The translations under genes were made by a program, and so were the position numbers. DNA of 64,000 nucleotides from an uncultured Methylomirabilota bacterium (GTDB lineage: Bacteria > Methylomirabilota > Methylomirabilia > Methylomirabilales > 2-02-FULL-66-22): contig OY970067.1 of assembly GCA_963705305.1 (NCBI GenBank), forward strand, positions 832,001 through 896,000, written 5' to 3'. Below are positions 27,382-38,952 of the stretch, piece by piece (the first letter of the stretch is position 1; each line of letters opens with the position of its first letter). The notes beneath the pieces were generated by a model that saw nothing but the letters and a program-made list of their open reading frames with translations, was not told the origin of the DNA and ran no database searches.

Positions 27382-29505
27382 TCAGCGGGCGCGGGCCAGC
27401 TCTTGCAGCAGGGCGGCGACCCGCCGCTCTTCGGCGGCCGTGAGGCGCTCGCCGCCGAATCGTACCCGCTCGTACAAGGCGGTCAGCTCTTCCACCGGCG
27501 CTTTGAGCTCGCGCCGGTCGGGGAGGCCGGTCGCGAACTCCCTGGCGGTGGCGGCGGGCGGCTTGGAGTGGCCGCGGCGGCGGAGCAGCCGCAGAGTCCG
27601 CTCATAGAAGGGAACACCGCTTTGCCGCAGCCGGGTGCGAAGGAACCAGGCCCCGGCAACTCCCCGGTCGCCGGCCCGCCGCAGCAGGATCGTTCCCGCC
27701 GCCGCGACGAGCGCCAGCAGGAATGCCAGGCCGCTGCCGTACTCCCGCCACAGCCGGCGCAGCCGGAGGCTCATCCGGAAAGACCAGGCGTCCCAGGTCG
27801 CACCGAGGCCCCGGCGGAAGGCTGCGGACCGCCGGCCAAGATTCATGGCGAAGACGGCCTGGTCGCTCAGGCTGTAGTCGATCACGTAGCGGTTCCAGCG
27901 CATCCGGAGGGCATCGAAGTATTTTCCCGCCCAACTGCTTTCCCCGAATAATCGGGCCTCAAACGCCGCCCGCGGCGACGGGTCGAAGGTGACCCATCCC
28001 GCCCCTGGGAAATACACCTCCACCCAGGAGTGGGCATCCCGCTGCCGGATGGCGAAGTACTGCCCCACCTCGTTCCATTCCCCGCGCTGGAATCCGTTGA
28101 CCACACGTACCGGAATGCCCACGGCCCTCAGCAGGATCGCCATGCTGGCGGCGAAGTATTCGCAGTTGCCTGCCCGCCGGACGAACAGGAAGTCGTCCAG
28201 CGGATCCTCACCCGACCCCGGTCGCAGGTCCAGGGTATACCGCAGGTTCTCGGACAGGTATGCCTCCACCCGACGGGCCACCCGGTAGGGAGTCTCCGCG
28301 CCGGCCGCCAGCTGGCGGGCCAGATCGCGCAGGCGCGGGGAGAGCGGAGGAACCTCCAGATATGTCTCCCGAATTTCCGGGGGGTAGTCGTCGCGCGCAA
28401 ACACGCGGTCGAGCATGGCTGTCCTGAAGGATTCCGGCTGGGAGACGGCCAGGTAGTGTAGGCGCGTCGACGGAGGGCCGGGAAGCGTGATCCCATCACC
28501 GGCATCCACCCCGAGACCGGCCAGCCGGCCCTGGATCGATACAATCCGCGGGAGCCCGAACAGGACGGAAGTGCCGATGGGCTCCAGGAAGACCTCGTAC
28601 GGCACGATCGGGAGGCCCGCCCGATACGGGGACACGACAAAGGAGTTCTCTCGGACCTGGCGGGCCGGCAGGGTTCTGGGGTCGGACAGGGACCAGGTGC
28701 GACCGTCGAAGCGATCGAAGGCCAGCCCGCGCCAGCGCAGGTTGGGGAGCTGGTCGGGATGACTGGGGCCCTCGAGAAAGCTCACCCGCATCACGATGGT
28801 GGGATCCTGCTGGATGGTCCCGTAGGCGCCCAGGTCGACCTGATCGGTGAAGCCGGTGGAGAGGGTGCCGATCTGGGCCCGGAGCGGCAGATAACTTAAC
28901 CCCACGCGGGGGATCACCAGAAAGATAGCCAGCGTGAGGACCAGCGAGCCGAGGGCCACGATCACGCTATTCAAGAGATAGGCGGGGGCCACCATCCGCG
29001 ATCTGGCCAAGAGCTCCCGGCTTCGCTCCGGGTACGCGGCCTCGGTCTCACGCTTCAGGTGCAGACAAAGGAGCGCCCAGATCCCGAGGATCATGTAGAG
29101 GCAGAAGACCAGCAGAAAGCCGAAGCTCACCGTCAAGGTGGCAGCGGCCACCAGCAGCAGAAACGTGAGGACGACGATCTCCATAAGGTCGCGATGGTGC
29201 CGGGCATTGTACAGCTTGTACGCCAGGAGGAAGAGCAGCAAGTGAATGAGGGCGGCGATGAGGGACTCGGCCAGGAAGAAAAGGTCCAACACCGCGTAGA
29301 CCAGGAAGATTCCGGTGAGGACGTCCCACAGGCGGCGGTAGTTGGGAATGCGGGGACGGAGGTCGTCGGCCCACCAGCTTCCCAGGACGGCGGCCAGGGT
29401 CAGCGCCAGGACCGGTCCGGCGAGGATGTGGGTAAGGTACAGGGCGTCGAAGACGTCCAGCACCAGGAGGTAGATGATCAGCTTGAAGAACAGTCCGAAG
29501 AGCAC
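27382..29505 (-). CDS. Transglutaminase-like membrane protein (TgpA / DUF3488 family)
   Basis: Multi-TM N-terminus; GNCEYFA, DAHSWVEVYF, WVTFDPSP Cys-His-Asp triad. Confidence 0.92.
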   Translation of the reverse strand: MLFGLFFKLIIYLLVLDVFDALYLTHILAGPVLALTLAAVLGSWWADDLRPRIPNYRRLWDVLTGIFLVYAVLDLFFLAESLIAALIHLLLFLLAYKLYNARHHRDLMEIVVLTFLLLVAAATLTVSFGFLLVFCLYMILGIWALLCLHLKRETEAAYPERSRELLARSRMVAPAYLLNSVIVALGSLVLTLAIFLVIPRVGLSYLPLRAQIGTLSTGFTDQVDLGAYGTIQQDPTIVMRVSFLEGPSHPDQLPNLRWRGLAFDRFDGRTWSLSDPRTLPARQVRENSFVVSPYRAGLPIVPYEVFLEPIGTSVLFGLPRIVSIQGRLAGLGVDAGDGITLPGPPSTRLHYLAVSQPESFRTAMLDRVFARDDYPPEIRETYLEVPPLSPRLRDLARQLAAGAETPYRVARRVEAYLSENLRYTLDLRPGSGEDPLDDFLFVRRAGNCEYFAASMAILLRAVGIPVRVVNGFQRGEWNEVGQYFAIRQRDAHSWVEVYFPGAGWVTFDPSPRAAFEARLFGESSWAGKYFDALRMRWNRYVIDYSLSDQAVFAMNLGRRSAAFRRGLGATWDAWSFRMSLRLRRLWREYGSGLAFLLALVAAAGTILLRRAGDRGVAGAWFLRTRLRQSGVPFYERTLRLLRRRGHSKPPAATAREFATGLPDRRELKAPVEELTALYERVRFGGERLTAAEERRVAALLQELARAR

Positions 29506-30592
29506 GCTTGGCCCTCCGCCGGGGCAGGGGGCGGCGCCCCCAGCAATACCCGCACCGTCCGCCCCACGTCCGCGGGCAGTTCGAGGGCGCGCGGGCCGGA
29601 GGCAGTCTCGTACAGGGCCAGCCGCTCCAGGACGCGGTCCAGATGGGCCTCGCCCTGCCCATACTCGACCGTGCCCTCGGCGGTGATCAGGCGGAGCGAG
29701 ATCTCCCGCCGGATGGCATGGGCGGCCAGCGAGGCCGCGTAGCTCAGGTTTGCCTCCACCAGGGCCTCGGTGGCGCCCGGCGGCGGATCCTCCAGCAGCA
29801 GGCTGATCCGCGGGCGATCCTCGTCCTCCAGCTCCTTCACCATGAGATCGCCGGTCTTGGCCGAGGTCTTCCAGTGGATCAGGCGGGGATCGTCCCCCGC
29901 CCGGTACGGGCGCAGGTTATGAAGGCCGGCTCCCTGGCCGCGCCGGTCCCGCGCGCGCCAGCCGGGATCCAGGGCCGCCGGGACCTCGGCCGCCGTCAGG
30001 GGCCGAATGGCAGGGTACACCAGCACGGGATCGCGGAGAATCGGGCGACTGATCTTGGTGAACAGGCCGAAGGGAAATCGCGTGAGGATCTGCAGCCCGG
30101 GCAGCCAGTGCCGTCCGCGGCGGGGAAACGTCAGGGAATACTGCCAGGCCTCGCGCGCCTGGGGACCCAGGTGGAGGAAGAAGTGGCTCTGCGGGGAGCC
30201 ATCGCAGGGATCCGCCTCCGTCACATGGAGCGCATAGGAGGGCAGCCGGCGTTTGGCGTTGAACAGCCAGACGCCGAAGGTGGCCGGCACGCCCCGAAAC
30301 AGCCGGCGCGGGACCTCCCGCCGCACGATCACCCGTCGCATGGTCTGCTCGGACAGCATGCCCGAGATGGCCAGGAACGACAGCAGCATTGCTAGGATCA
30401 TGTAGAGCAGGTTATTGCCGGTATTGGTCGCGGCCAGTCCGATGGCAAAGGTGGTGCCGATGAACCACCAGCCTTCCCGTGTGAGACGGATCGTGCGAGG
30501 CAGCCAGTAGCGGGTTCGGGGCGGTGGGGCGGTGGGCGGGGTCCCGGAGAAAGGCTTGGGCGTCTCGGATCTGGGCTGTCGGCTGTCGGCGT

Positions 30593-30596
<4 letters not shown>
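29478..30596 (-). CDS. DUF58 family protein
   Basis: NTGNNLLY, FPFGLF, LRPYRAGDDPRLIHWKTSAK. Confidence 0.9.
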
Positions 30597-31531
<935 letters not shown>

Positions 31532-31750
31532 CGGTACGAACCAACCTCCCGCCCCGGCCGCCGACGGCGCCTCGCCGGCATCCCCGGCGAATCCGCGGGC
31601 GGCGGCACAACCACGCGCCGTGATGCTAGCGCCCCATTTTTGGACTGGCAAGGGTTTTCGGTCCGTGCGGACCCCCTTGAAAGGGCCGTCGTTCAGAAGG
31701 TTCGGGCCACGGGGGGGACAGGAGGGGAGGCCCTGCCGAGGGACCGGAGA

Positions 31751-32677
31751 CTACGGCTCCCGCAGGACGGCTGCCAGGTGGGCTCGGACGGCCCCGGCCG
31801 TCTCCGGGCGGCGCAGGGCGAAATCGATGAAGCACTTGGCGTACTCGACCCGGTTGCCGATGTCGTACCGCCTGGCCTGCCATGCCAGGGCGTACATGGG
31901 CTCTCGCTGGGCCAAGAGATTCATGGCGTCGGTGAGCTGGATCTCCCCGCCGACGCCCCGCCCTGTCGCGTCGATGCACTCGAAGATCGCCGGCGTGAAG
32001 ACGTAGCGGCCGGCGATGGCCAGGTTGCTTGGTGCCCGATCCACGGGAGGCTTCTCCACCAGCTCGCGCAGGCGCAGCACGTTCGGGTTCGCCGGCTCCG
32101 GGTCGCCGCCCACCACGCCGTACCGCGTCACCCGGTCGCGCGGAACCCGCTCCACCGCCACCACCGCGGACTGCGTGGCCTCGTAGACGTCCAGCAGTTG
32201 GCGCAGCCCCGGCCGCTCGCCCGCCGGCGGGTCGATGATCGTGTCCCCCAGGAGCACCGCGAACGGCTGGTCGCCCATGTGGTCCCGTCCCAGTCGGATG
32301 GCATCCCCCAGCCCCAGCTGCTGCTTCTGGCGGATGTAGTGGATTTGGGCCTGCTCGCCGATGTCCCGCACCGCCTCGATGAGGTCGTGCTTGCCCGTCG
32401 TCGCCAGGAAGGCCTCCAGCTCCGGGTTGAAGTCGAAGTGGTTCTCGATGGCCCGCTTGCCCCGGCCCGTGATGATGAGGATGTCGTCGATGCCGCTGGC
32501 CACCGCCTCCTCGATCACGAACTGGAGGACCGGCTTGTCGATGATGGGCAGCATCTCCTTGGGCATGGACTTGGTTGCCGGCAGGAATCGCGTGCCCATG
32601 CCCGCGGCGGGGATGACCGCCTTGCGCACGGTCCGGGGGGCGGGGGAGGCTGGGAAGTGGGGGCGGGGGGTGGTCAT
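31751..32677 (-). CDS. galU: UTP--glucose-1-phosphate uridylyltransferase family
   Basis: KAVIPAAGMGTRFLPATKSMPKEMLP, LGLGDAI, VEKP, GEIQLTDA. Confidence 0.93.
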   Translation of the reverse strand: MTTPRPHFPASPAPRTVRKAVIPAAGMGTRFLPATKSMPKEMLPIIDKPVLQFVIEEAVASGIDDILIITGRGKRAIENHFDFNPELEAFLATTGKHDLIEAVRDIGEQAQIHYIRQKQQLGLGDAIRLGRDHMGDQPFAVLLGDTIIDPPAGERPGLRQLLDVYEATQSAVVAVERVPRDRVTRYGVVGGDPEPANPNVLRLRELVEKPPVDRAPSNLAIAGRYVFTPAIFECIDATGRGVGGEIQLTDAMNLLAQREPMYALAWQARRYDIGNRVEYAKCFIDFALRRPETAGAVRAHLAAVLREP

Positions 32678-32761
32678 GGGTTCACCATCCCGGAGGCGTC
32701 GCGGAACGATTCCATGGCGAAAGGCGGACCGTTCCGCCCGCGCCCGACCAACGGCTCCGGC

Positions 32762-33754
32762 TCACAGGATCTCCGGCACGATGAGCTTGGCCCCCATGGC
32801 GGCATAGGCGGCGGTGAGGCGCTCCAGCCGCTTCGGGTCCCCATCGTAGCATCCGACCACGGCCCCGCCGGAGCCGGCGAACTTGACCGAGGCGCCGAGC
32901 GCTCGCCCGGTCTCCACCAGGCTGCGGTTCCCGGGGCTGATGTTGAGGAGTCTGGCGCGCAGGTCGAAGTTTGCGTCCATGAGAGGGCCGATCTCCGCCC
33001 CCCGGCCCGCGGCGAGCAGATCCCGCGCCTGCTGGGCCAAATCCGCCCATCGCTTGATGCCGTCGAGCACCTCCGGCTCGCCGCGCCGATACCGGCTGCG
33101 GAGATCGTTGTGCGTGAGCTCCGTTCCCTCGGCCAGGCAGTCATGGTAGGCCACGAACAGCGGGGGCAGCAGTCGGGGGTCCATCTGCTCGTACCGGCCG
33201 TACCCGTCGCGCGCCATCCGCTCCTGGTCGAAATCCATGAACACCGCGCCCTCGTAAATTTGGATCACGCGGTCCTGCAGACCGGCGCCGATTTTCAGCT
33301 CGTCCAGCTCCACGCTGAGGATGAGCCCCGGCAGGACGGGCTGGGGGATGTCCACGCCGAAGAATTGCATCAGGGCCCGCACCGTGGCCGTGATGATGGC
33401 GCTGGATCCGGCCAGACCCACGCGGACGGGGATGTCGGTTTCATACTCGATGCTGAAGTTCCGGGCGAGGGGCACTCCCGACGCGTTGCAGTAGTCGCCG
33501 AAGCGTTTGATGGCGGCCTTGATGAGGCGGACGCCGCCGTAGTACCCGTGCAGGCGCACGTCCGCAGACAGGTCCTCGAAATCCCGGAACTCCAGCCGGT
33601 CGCTCCGCTGCGGCAGGACGGTCAGCCGGGGAGATTCGTACAGGGTCACCCGGGCGCTGAAATTCCGGATGATGAAGGAGATGGTCTTGCCGAAGTAGCC
33701 GTCCGACGGATTGCCGATCAGCCCCGCCCGGGCGTAGGCTCTGGTCTGAATCAT
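32762..33754 (-). CDS. GHMP sugar kinase, glucuronokinase-like
   Basis: ARAGLIGNPSDGYFGKTIS, GYYGGVRL, IPVRVGLAGSSA, GLQDRV, KFAGSGGAVV. Confidence 0.85.
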   Translation of the reverse strand: MIQTRAYARAGLIGNPSDGYFGKTISFIIRNFSARVTLYESPRLTVLPQRSDRLEFRDFEDLSADVRLHGYYGGVRLIKAAIKRFGDYCNASGVPLARNFSIEYETDIPVRVGLAGSSAIITATVRALMQFFGVDIPQPVLPGLILSVELDELKIGAGLQDRVIQIYEGAVFMDFDQERMARDGYGRYEQMDPRLLPPLFVAYHDCLAEGTELTHNDLRSRYRRGEPEVLDGIKRWADLAQQARDLLAAGRGAEIGPLMDANFDLRARLLNISPGNRSLVETGRALGASVKFAGSGGAVVGCYDGDPKRLERLTAAYAAMGAKLIVPEIL

Positions 33755-34202
33755 GCTGCGAACCCCTTGCAGGTCCCGGCGCCCGGCCGCGAAGCTCGGA
33801 AGGCCCGGGACGACGGATCCCGCTGCACAGCTCGAAGCCGGAGCAGCATGCCGCGCACGCCCCGGCGCTGTCAAGGGAAAACGGGGCGGGCGGAGCCGGC
33901 GCGCCGGGCGCGATCCCGACCGACCGCGACCCTCGCGAGACGGTCGGCCGCCATTCGGGCTACGGGTTCAAGATTCATGGACGCATCCAAGACATGTCCG
34001 GGGCACCCTTGGAAATTTCCAGCTGCGGCGGAATGGGTGTCCGGAGCGGCGGAACACCCCCATCTTCGGCTTGACTTCGGGGGGCGGGCAAGTGTAGCTT
34101 TCGCCGGGTTCTACCAGGTGCCGGCGGCGGAGAGATCACCGCGGCGGCTGGAGAAATCGCAGGGCGGGAGGCGGAACCCGACCGAAAGCCGAGGCGCAGG
34201 TC

Positions 34203-35225
34203 ATGCCCGATACCCATGGAATCTCCTATCCCCAGCCCGAGCCGCCGGCAATGGGACAGGCGGTGACCGTCGCCCCCGGCATTGTCTGGCTCCGGATGCC
34301 CCTGCCCTTCCAGCTCGACCACATCAATGTCTGGCTCCTTGAGGACGGGAACGGCTGGACGGTCGTCGACGCGGGAATCGGACTGGACGAGACGCAGAGG
34401 CTGTGGCGGGGCGTCCTCGGGGCGGAGCTCCACGGCCGGCCGGTAACGCGCGTCGTGGTCGGCCACTTCCACCCGGACCACATGGGCTGCGCCCACTGGC
34501 TGGCCGCCCGCTTCGGCGTCGCTCTCTGGTGTCCCCAGGCCGAATGGCTTGCGGCTCAGCTCGCCTGGCAGGTGGACGACCTGGATCAGCGCCTGGCACA
34601 CTACCGGCGCACCGGCGTCGGCCCGGAGATGCTGGCGGCGCTCCGCCGCCGCGGCCATCCCTACCGGCAGGTCGTCCCCTCGATCGCTCCGGAATTCTGC
34701 TGCCTCCGCGAGGGGGACACCCTCGCCATCGGGGGACGCGAATGGCGCGTCCTGACGCTCCCCGGCCATTCCCCCGAGCAGCTCTGCCTCTACGCCCCCG
34801 GGGACGACGTTCTCATCTCCGGGGATCAAGTTCTGCCCGTCATTACCACCAACATCAGCGTCGTGCCCGCTCAGCCGCTCGAGAACCCGCTGCGGCTCTA
34901 CCTGGAATCGCTGGAGCGGTTTCGGTCCATGCTCGGAGACACCCTCGTGCTCCCGTCGCACGGCCTCCCCTTCCGCGGGCTGCATGCCAGGCTCGATTCT
35001 CTTCGCCTCCACCACACCGAGCGTCTGGCCCGGACGGCGGATGCGCTGGCCGAGCCGAGAACCGGTGCTGACCTCCTCCCCATCCTCTTCGAGCGCCAGC
35101 TGGACATCCACCAGTTCGGCTTCGCCATCGGTGAGGCGCTGGCCCACCTCCATTACCTCGAGTGGCAAGGCCGAGCCGTACGGATGGTGGGCGCGGACGG
35201 CATCCACCGCTTCCAGCGCCGGTGA
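34203..35225 (+). CDS. MBL-fold metallo-hydrolase
   Basis: LDHINVWL, HFHPDHMG, PGHSPE, SGDQVLP, LPSHG. Confidence 0.92.
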   Translation: MPDTHGISYPQPEPPAMGQAVTVAPGIVWLRMPLPFQLDHINVWLLEDGNGWTVVDAGIGLDETQRLWRGVLGAELHGRPVTRVVVGHFHPDHMGCAHWLAARFGVALWCPQAEWLAAQLAWQVDDLDQRLAHYRRTGVGPEMLAALRRRGHPYRQVVPSIAPEFCCLREGDTLAIGGREWRVLTLPGHSPEQLCLYAPGDDVLISGDQVLPVITTNISVVPAQPLENPLRLYLESLERFRSMLGDTLVLPSHGLPFRGLHARLDSLRLHHTERLARTADALAEPRTGADLLPILFERQLDIHQFGFAIGEALAHLHYLEWQGRAVRMVGADGIHRFQRR

Positions 35226-35322
35226 GCCGCATCGCTCCACCGGCCGAGGGGGCTCCCCCGTCGCCTCACCCGCCCGGCCGGCGCCTCTGCCGGCAGCATC
35301 CCGGCGGGATGGTCCAGGCGAC

Positions 35323-35351
35323 TTGACCCCCTCCCGCCTCCCGGCTATCCT
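35323..35351 (+). promoter_or_regulatory. Putative sigma70 promoter of mscS
   Basis: TTGACC-17 bp-TATCCT. Confidence 0.5.
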
Positions 35352-35397
35352 CCGCGCAGCATCCGGCCGGCCATCGCCGCTTCCAAAGGAGGACGCC

Positions 35398-36210
35398 ATG
35401 GACCCATCCGTAATCCTGAACCTCATCACCGACCTCCTGGTCCGCTACAGCTTCCAGGTCCTCGCCGCCCTGGCCATCCTCGCCGCGGGATTCCTGTGTG
35501 CCCGCTGGACCGGCCAGTTCATCGAGCGCTCGCTCCGCCGGACGCCGATCGAGGCGCATCTCCAGCGCCTGGTGGTGCGGGCCGGAAAGCTCTTGGTCCT
35601 CGCCTTCACGGTCATCGTGGCCCTCGACAAGTTCGGCGTTCAGGTGACCGCCCTGGTGGCCGGCATCAGCGTGGCGGGCCTCGCCGGCGGCCTCGCCCTC
35701 CAGGGCGTCCTGGCGAACCTCGCGGCGGGGGTCAGCATCATGTTCTCCCGCTACTTCCGCATCGGGGATTACATCGAGATCGGAGCCGTCAGGGGGCAGG
35801 TGACCTCCATCGACCTGAGCATGACGGTGCTCCGCACGCTGGAGGACGCCCAGGTGATCGTGCCCAACCGGCGGATCCTCGGCGAGGTCATCTACAACTA
35901 CACGGCGGAGCGGCGGGTCACCCTCTATGTGGAGGTGGGGTACGGCGAGGACCTCGACAAGGCGCTCGGCGCCGTGCAGGCGGTCCTGGCAGAGAACCCC
36001 CGCGTCCTCAAGAACCCCCCGCCCGACGTGGGCATCGTGCACCTGTCGGAGTCGGGGATCCAGATCGCCCTCCGACCCTGGTGCAAGGCGGAGGATTATT
36101 GGCGGGTGCAGTACGAGGTCTACCGCGCGATCCTGGAGCGCTTCCGCCAGGAGAAGATCCCGATCCCGTTCCCGACGCGGGAGGTGCGCCTGGTGCAATC
36201 CCCGGCCTGA
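35398..36210 (+). CDS. mscS: Small-conductance mechanosensitive channel
   Basis: GLALQGVLANLAAG, FRIGDYIE, VPN, IPIPFP; RBS AAGGAGG. Confidence 0.92.
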   Translation: MDPSVILNLITDLLVRYSFQVLAALAILAAGFLCARWTGQFIERSLRRTPIEAHLQRLVVRAGKLLVLAFTVIVALDKFGVQVTALVAGISVAGLAGGLALQGVLANLAAGVSIMFSRYFRIGDYIEIGAVRGQVTSIDLSMTVLRTLEDAQVIVPNRRILGEVIYNYTAERRVTLYVEVGYGEDLDKALGAVQAVLAENPRVLKNPPPDVGIVHLSESGIQIALRPWCKAEDYWRVQYEVYRAILERFRQEKIPIPFPTREVRLVQSPA

Positions 36211-36839
36211 CCGCCCGGACAGGCCCCGCAGGCGCGAGCGTGCGGGCCGGGGCTCCTCGGTGTCCGGACTGCCGGGGATGCCTCCGCGCGGATCCGTCGT
36301 TCCGGCCCGGGGACGGCACGACAGGGGACGACAAGCCGCCTCTCCCTCGGCGGCCCAGAATCAAACAACGGAATTCATATTGCAGCGTCCCCTGCTTTAC
36401 CGTTGCGCTTTGCGCGTCCGTCCAGACGAAATGCGGCTGGATCACCCCCGCTTCTTTCACATCGCAGACAAATGCGCTTCATAAGTGACCTGCGTCCCCT
36501 GGATTGCTGCTGGGCCCGGGCCAGGTCCTGATCGCGTCCGGCGCCAGTCTTCGGGCCAAGGCCCGGGGCTTCCTCCTCCCGGAATCGGCGATGGGTTGCG
36601 CATCTAACAGGACTCCAGCAGTCCGGAAACACCTTGACGGCCACACGCTATGCTGGGAGTATTCGCCTCGCGTGGCGGCCGGCTCTCTTCTTGCCTCCGC
36701 CCGTTTCGATGGCGAGGAAGCCCATGATCCATCAATTGATTTGCAGGCGCTCCTGCCGACGGTCCTCGCAAGAGTGTCTGGACGCTCTGCCGGCGTGCAT
36801 ACTGCTGTCTCGAAGGAGGCTGGAGGTGTCATCGTGCGA

Positions 36840-37754
36840 ATGAGCCGTCGCGAGCTGCTCGGAGCCGGCATCGCTGCGGGGGCCTCGATCCTCCTGTCCT
36901 CCGCGAGCGCGCGCGCCCAGGAGGCTTCCCTGATCCAGCGGAGGATTCCATCCACCGGCGAGCGCCTGCCGGTCATCGGAATCGGGACGGCCCGTCGCTA
37001 CGAGGCGGTCGCCACGGAGGCGGAGCGGGCCCCCCTCCGGGAGGCGCTGCGCCGATTCAAGGAGCTGGGGGGGAAAGTCATCGATACCGCGCCGTCGTAC
37101 GGAACCGCGGAATCGGTGGTGGGCGATCTGACGGCGGAGCTCGAGATTCGAGCGTCGCTGTTCATCGCGACAAAGCTCGGGGCTTACGGCCGCGAGGCCG
37201 GGATCGAGCAGCTGGAGCAGTCCTTCAAGCGCCTGCGCACACCCACCATCGACCTGATCGCGGTGCACAACCTGCAGGACACCCTGACGCAGCTCGCCAC
37301 CCTTCGCCAGTGGAAGCGGGCCGGTCGGATTCGATACGTCGGGATCACGACATCCTTCGAGCGGCAGTTTCCGGAATTTGAGCAGACGATGAAGGCCGAG
37401 GCGCTCGACTTCATCCAGGTGGACTATGCGCTCGACAATCGGAAGGCGGACGAACGGATCCTGCCGCTGGCGGCCGACCGGGGAATGGGCGCGATGATCA
37501 ACCTGCCGTTTGGGCGGGGGCGGCTCTTCCGGGCGGTGCAGGGCCAGCGCCTGCCGACATGGGCGTCGGAGTTCGATTGCGCGAGCTGGGCCCAGTTCTT
37601 CCTGAAGTATATCGTCTCCCACCCGGCGGTGACCTGCGCCGTGCCGGGGACCGCGAAGGTCGAGTACGTCGTCGATAACCTTGGGGCTGCGCGCGGGCGG
37701 CTGCCCGACGCGGCCATGCGCCGCCGCATGGAGCGCTTCATCGATGGGCTGTGA
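36840..37754 (+). CDS. Aldo/keto reductase with twin-arginine signal peptide
   Basis: SRRELL...ARA signal; IGIGT, IDTAPSYG, ATKL, VHNL, RYVGIT. Confidence 0.9.
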   Translation: MSRRELLGAGIAAGASILLSSASARAQEASLIQRRIPSTGERLPVIGIGTARRYEAVATEAERAPLREALRRFKELGGKVIDTAPSYGTAESVVGDLTAELEIRASLFIATKLGAYGREAGIEQLEQSFKRLRTPTIDLIAVHNLQDTLTQLATLRQWKRAGRIRYVGITTSFERQFPEFEQTMKAEALDFIQVDYALDNRKADERILPLAADRGMGAMINLPFGRGRLFRAVQGQRLPTWASEFDCASWAQFFLKYIVSHPAVTCAVPGTAKVEYVVDNLGAARGRLPDAAMRRRMERFIDGL

Positions 37755-38028
37755 GGCCCGAGAGTGACCGTATGCCGGGCCGGGAGTGTTACCGGCCGAT
37801 CTGAGGGCGGGAGGCCGGGATGACCCGCGAGCCTGTCGGCGGCAACCCGGTCGCCGGAAGCACGCCTGCCCGCCTAATCCGCTGGTCGGCCTTCCGAACT
37901 GAATCCGCAGACGATCGACCGAGTCGGCGAGCCCCGCGGGCGTGCCTGGAGCCTGGACAGGTGGCGCTGAAGTCGGTCGGGGCGTGCAGGCAGAGGGTGA
38001 GGGAGGCGACCCGCACCCGGGCGCTGCG

Positions 38029-38862
38029 TCACTGCAAGAGCGTCTGGGGATCTCCGGCCAGCTCGACGTCGCCTTTGGCAGAGGCGAAGGCGTAGTGACT
38101 CAGGCTGGATCGGCGGAAGTCGCAGATCAGCTGCTCGAGCCGCCCAAGGTCATAGTGGGTGATGAATTCCTTGTACTTCCGATGGCGGAGGTAGGCCACT
38201 GCGAGGCGCAGCATCTCGTATCGCTCATACCGCAGCGTTGCCGTCAGCTGCGTCTTCCGATCACGGACGTAAGCCGACAGGCGGTCAAGGTCAATCCGAA
38301 TGCTGCTGAAGCCGAAGTCGATCCGTTTCCACAGCGAGCACATCTCCCCCGACTGGAGACTCTCCGGATACTGATGCACGACATTCTGGGAGACGCGCGC
38401 GTCGTCGGCGTCGGTCGTGTCGTACCCCAGGTCGACCCCGGCACTCGCGAAGTGCTCGACGAACGGGTTCCAGTCGCGGAGGATGACGGGGTCGTTCCCG
38501 CCGGGTTGCAGCCAGGAGAAACCGTCGCGTCCGAAGGCCCACTCGTACAGGTATGCCTCGCGCGGTTCCCGCTCGCCGCCACTGAATGAGCCCAGGACGC
38601 GGGGCACGTGGGCAAACACGTAGACCCCCGACCGGTAGAAAAAATCGTCCAGTTTCTTGGCGACGAGGTGGCGGATGAACATCTCGTGGCCGACGAACGG
38701 GGCTTGGTTGTACTCGATCCGGAGGGCGGAGGCCACGCCTTCCTGGGTCACGATGGTCCCCCCCAGTCCCGGAAACCGCGTCCGCAGCTCCATGATGATC
38801 CGCGCTTCGCTGCCGGCACCCGCCTCGCGAATGGGCTCGACGACTCCGTCTTGGAGGGTCAT
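38029..38862 (-). CDS. Hypothetical protein, possible divergent protein-kinase-like fold
   Basis: 277-aa ORF; HVPRVLG, YLYEW, QNVV, RIDFG segments. Confidence 0.55.
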   Translation of the reverse strand: MTLQDGVVEPIREAGAGSEARIIMELRTRFPGLGGTIVTQEGVASALRIEYNQAPFVGHEMFIRHLVAKKLDDFFYRSGVYVFAHVPRVLGSFSGGEREPREAYLYEWAFGRDGFSWLQPGGNDPVILRDWNPFVEHFASAGVDLGYDTTDADDARVSQNVVHQYPESLQSGEMCSLWKRIDFGFSSIRIDLDRLSAYVRDRKTQLTATLRYERYEMLRLAVAYLRHRKYKEFITHYDLGRLEQLICDFRRSSLSHYAFASAKGDVELAGDPQTLLQ

Positions 38863-38952
38863 CTGACGATCTCCTCTGCACCAGAGGGGACGTTGCCAAC
38901 TTCAGCACATTGCCCGTACCGACCGCACTGCACTTCCGCCGGCCCCCCCCTG

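Noticed and set aside
36360..36830. Lower-GC intergenic stretch with short ORFs upstream of the aldo/keto reductase
   Set aside because: No recognisable protein, RNA motif or repeat could be supported
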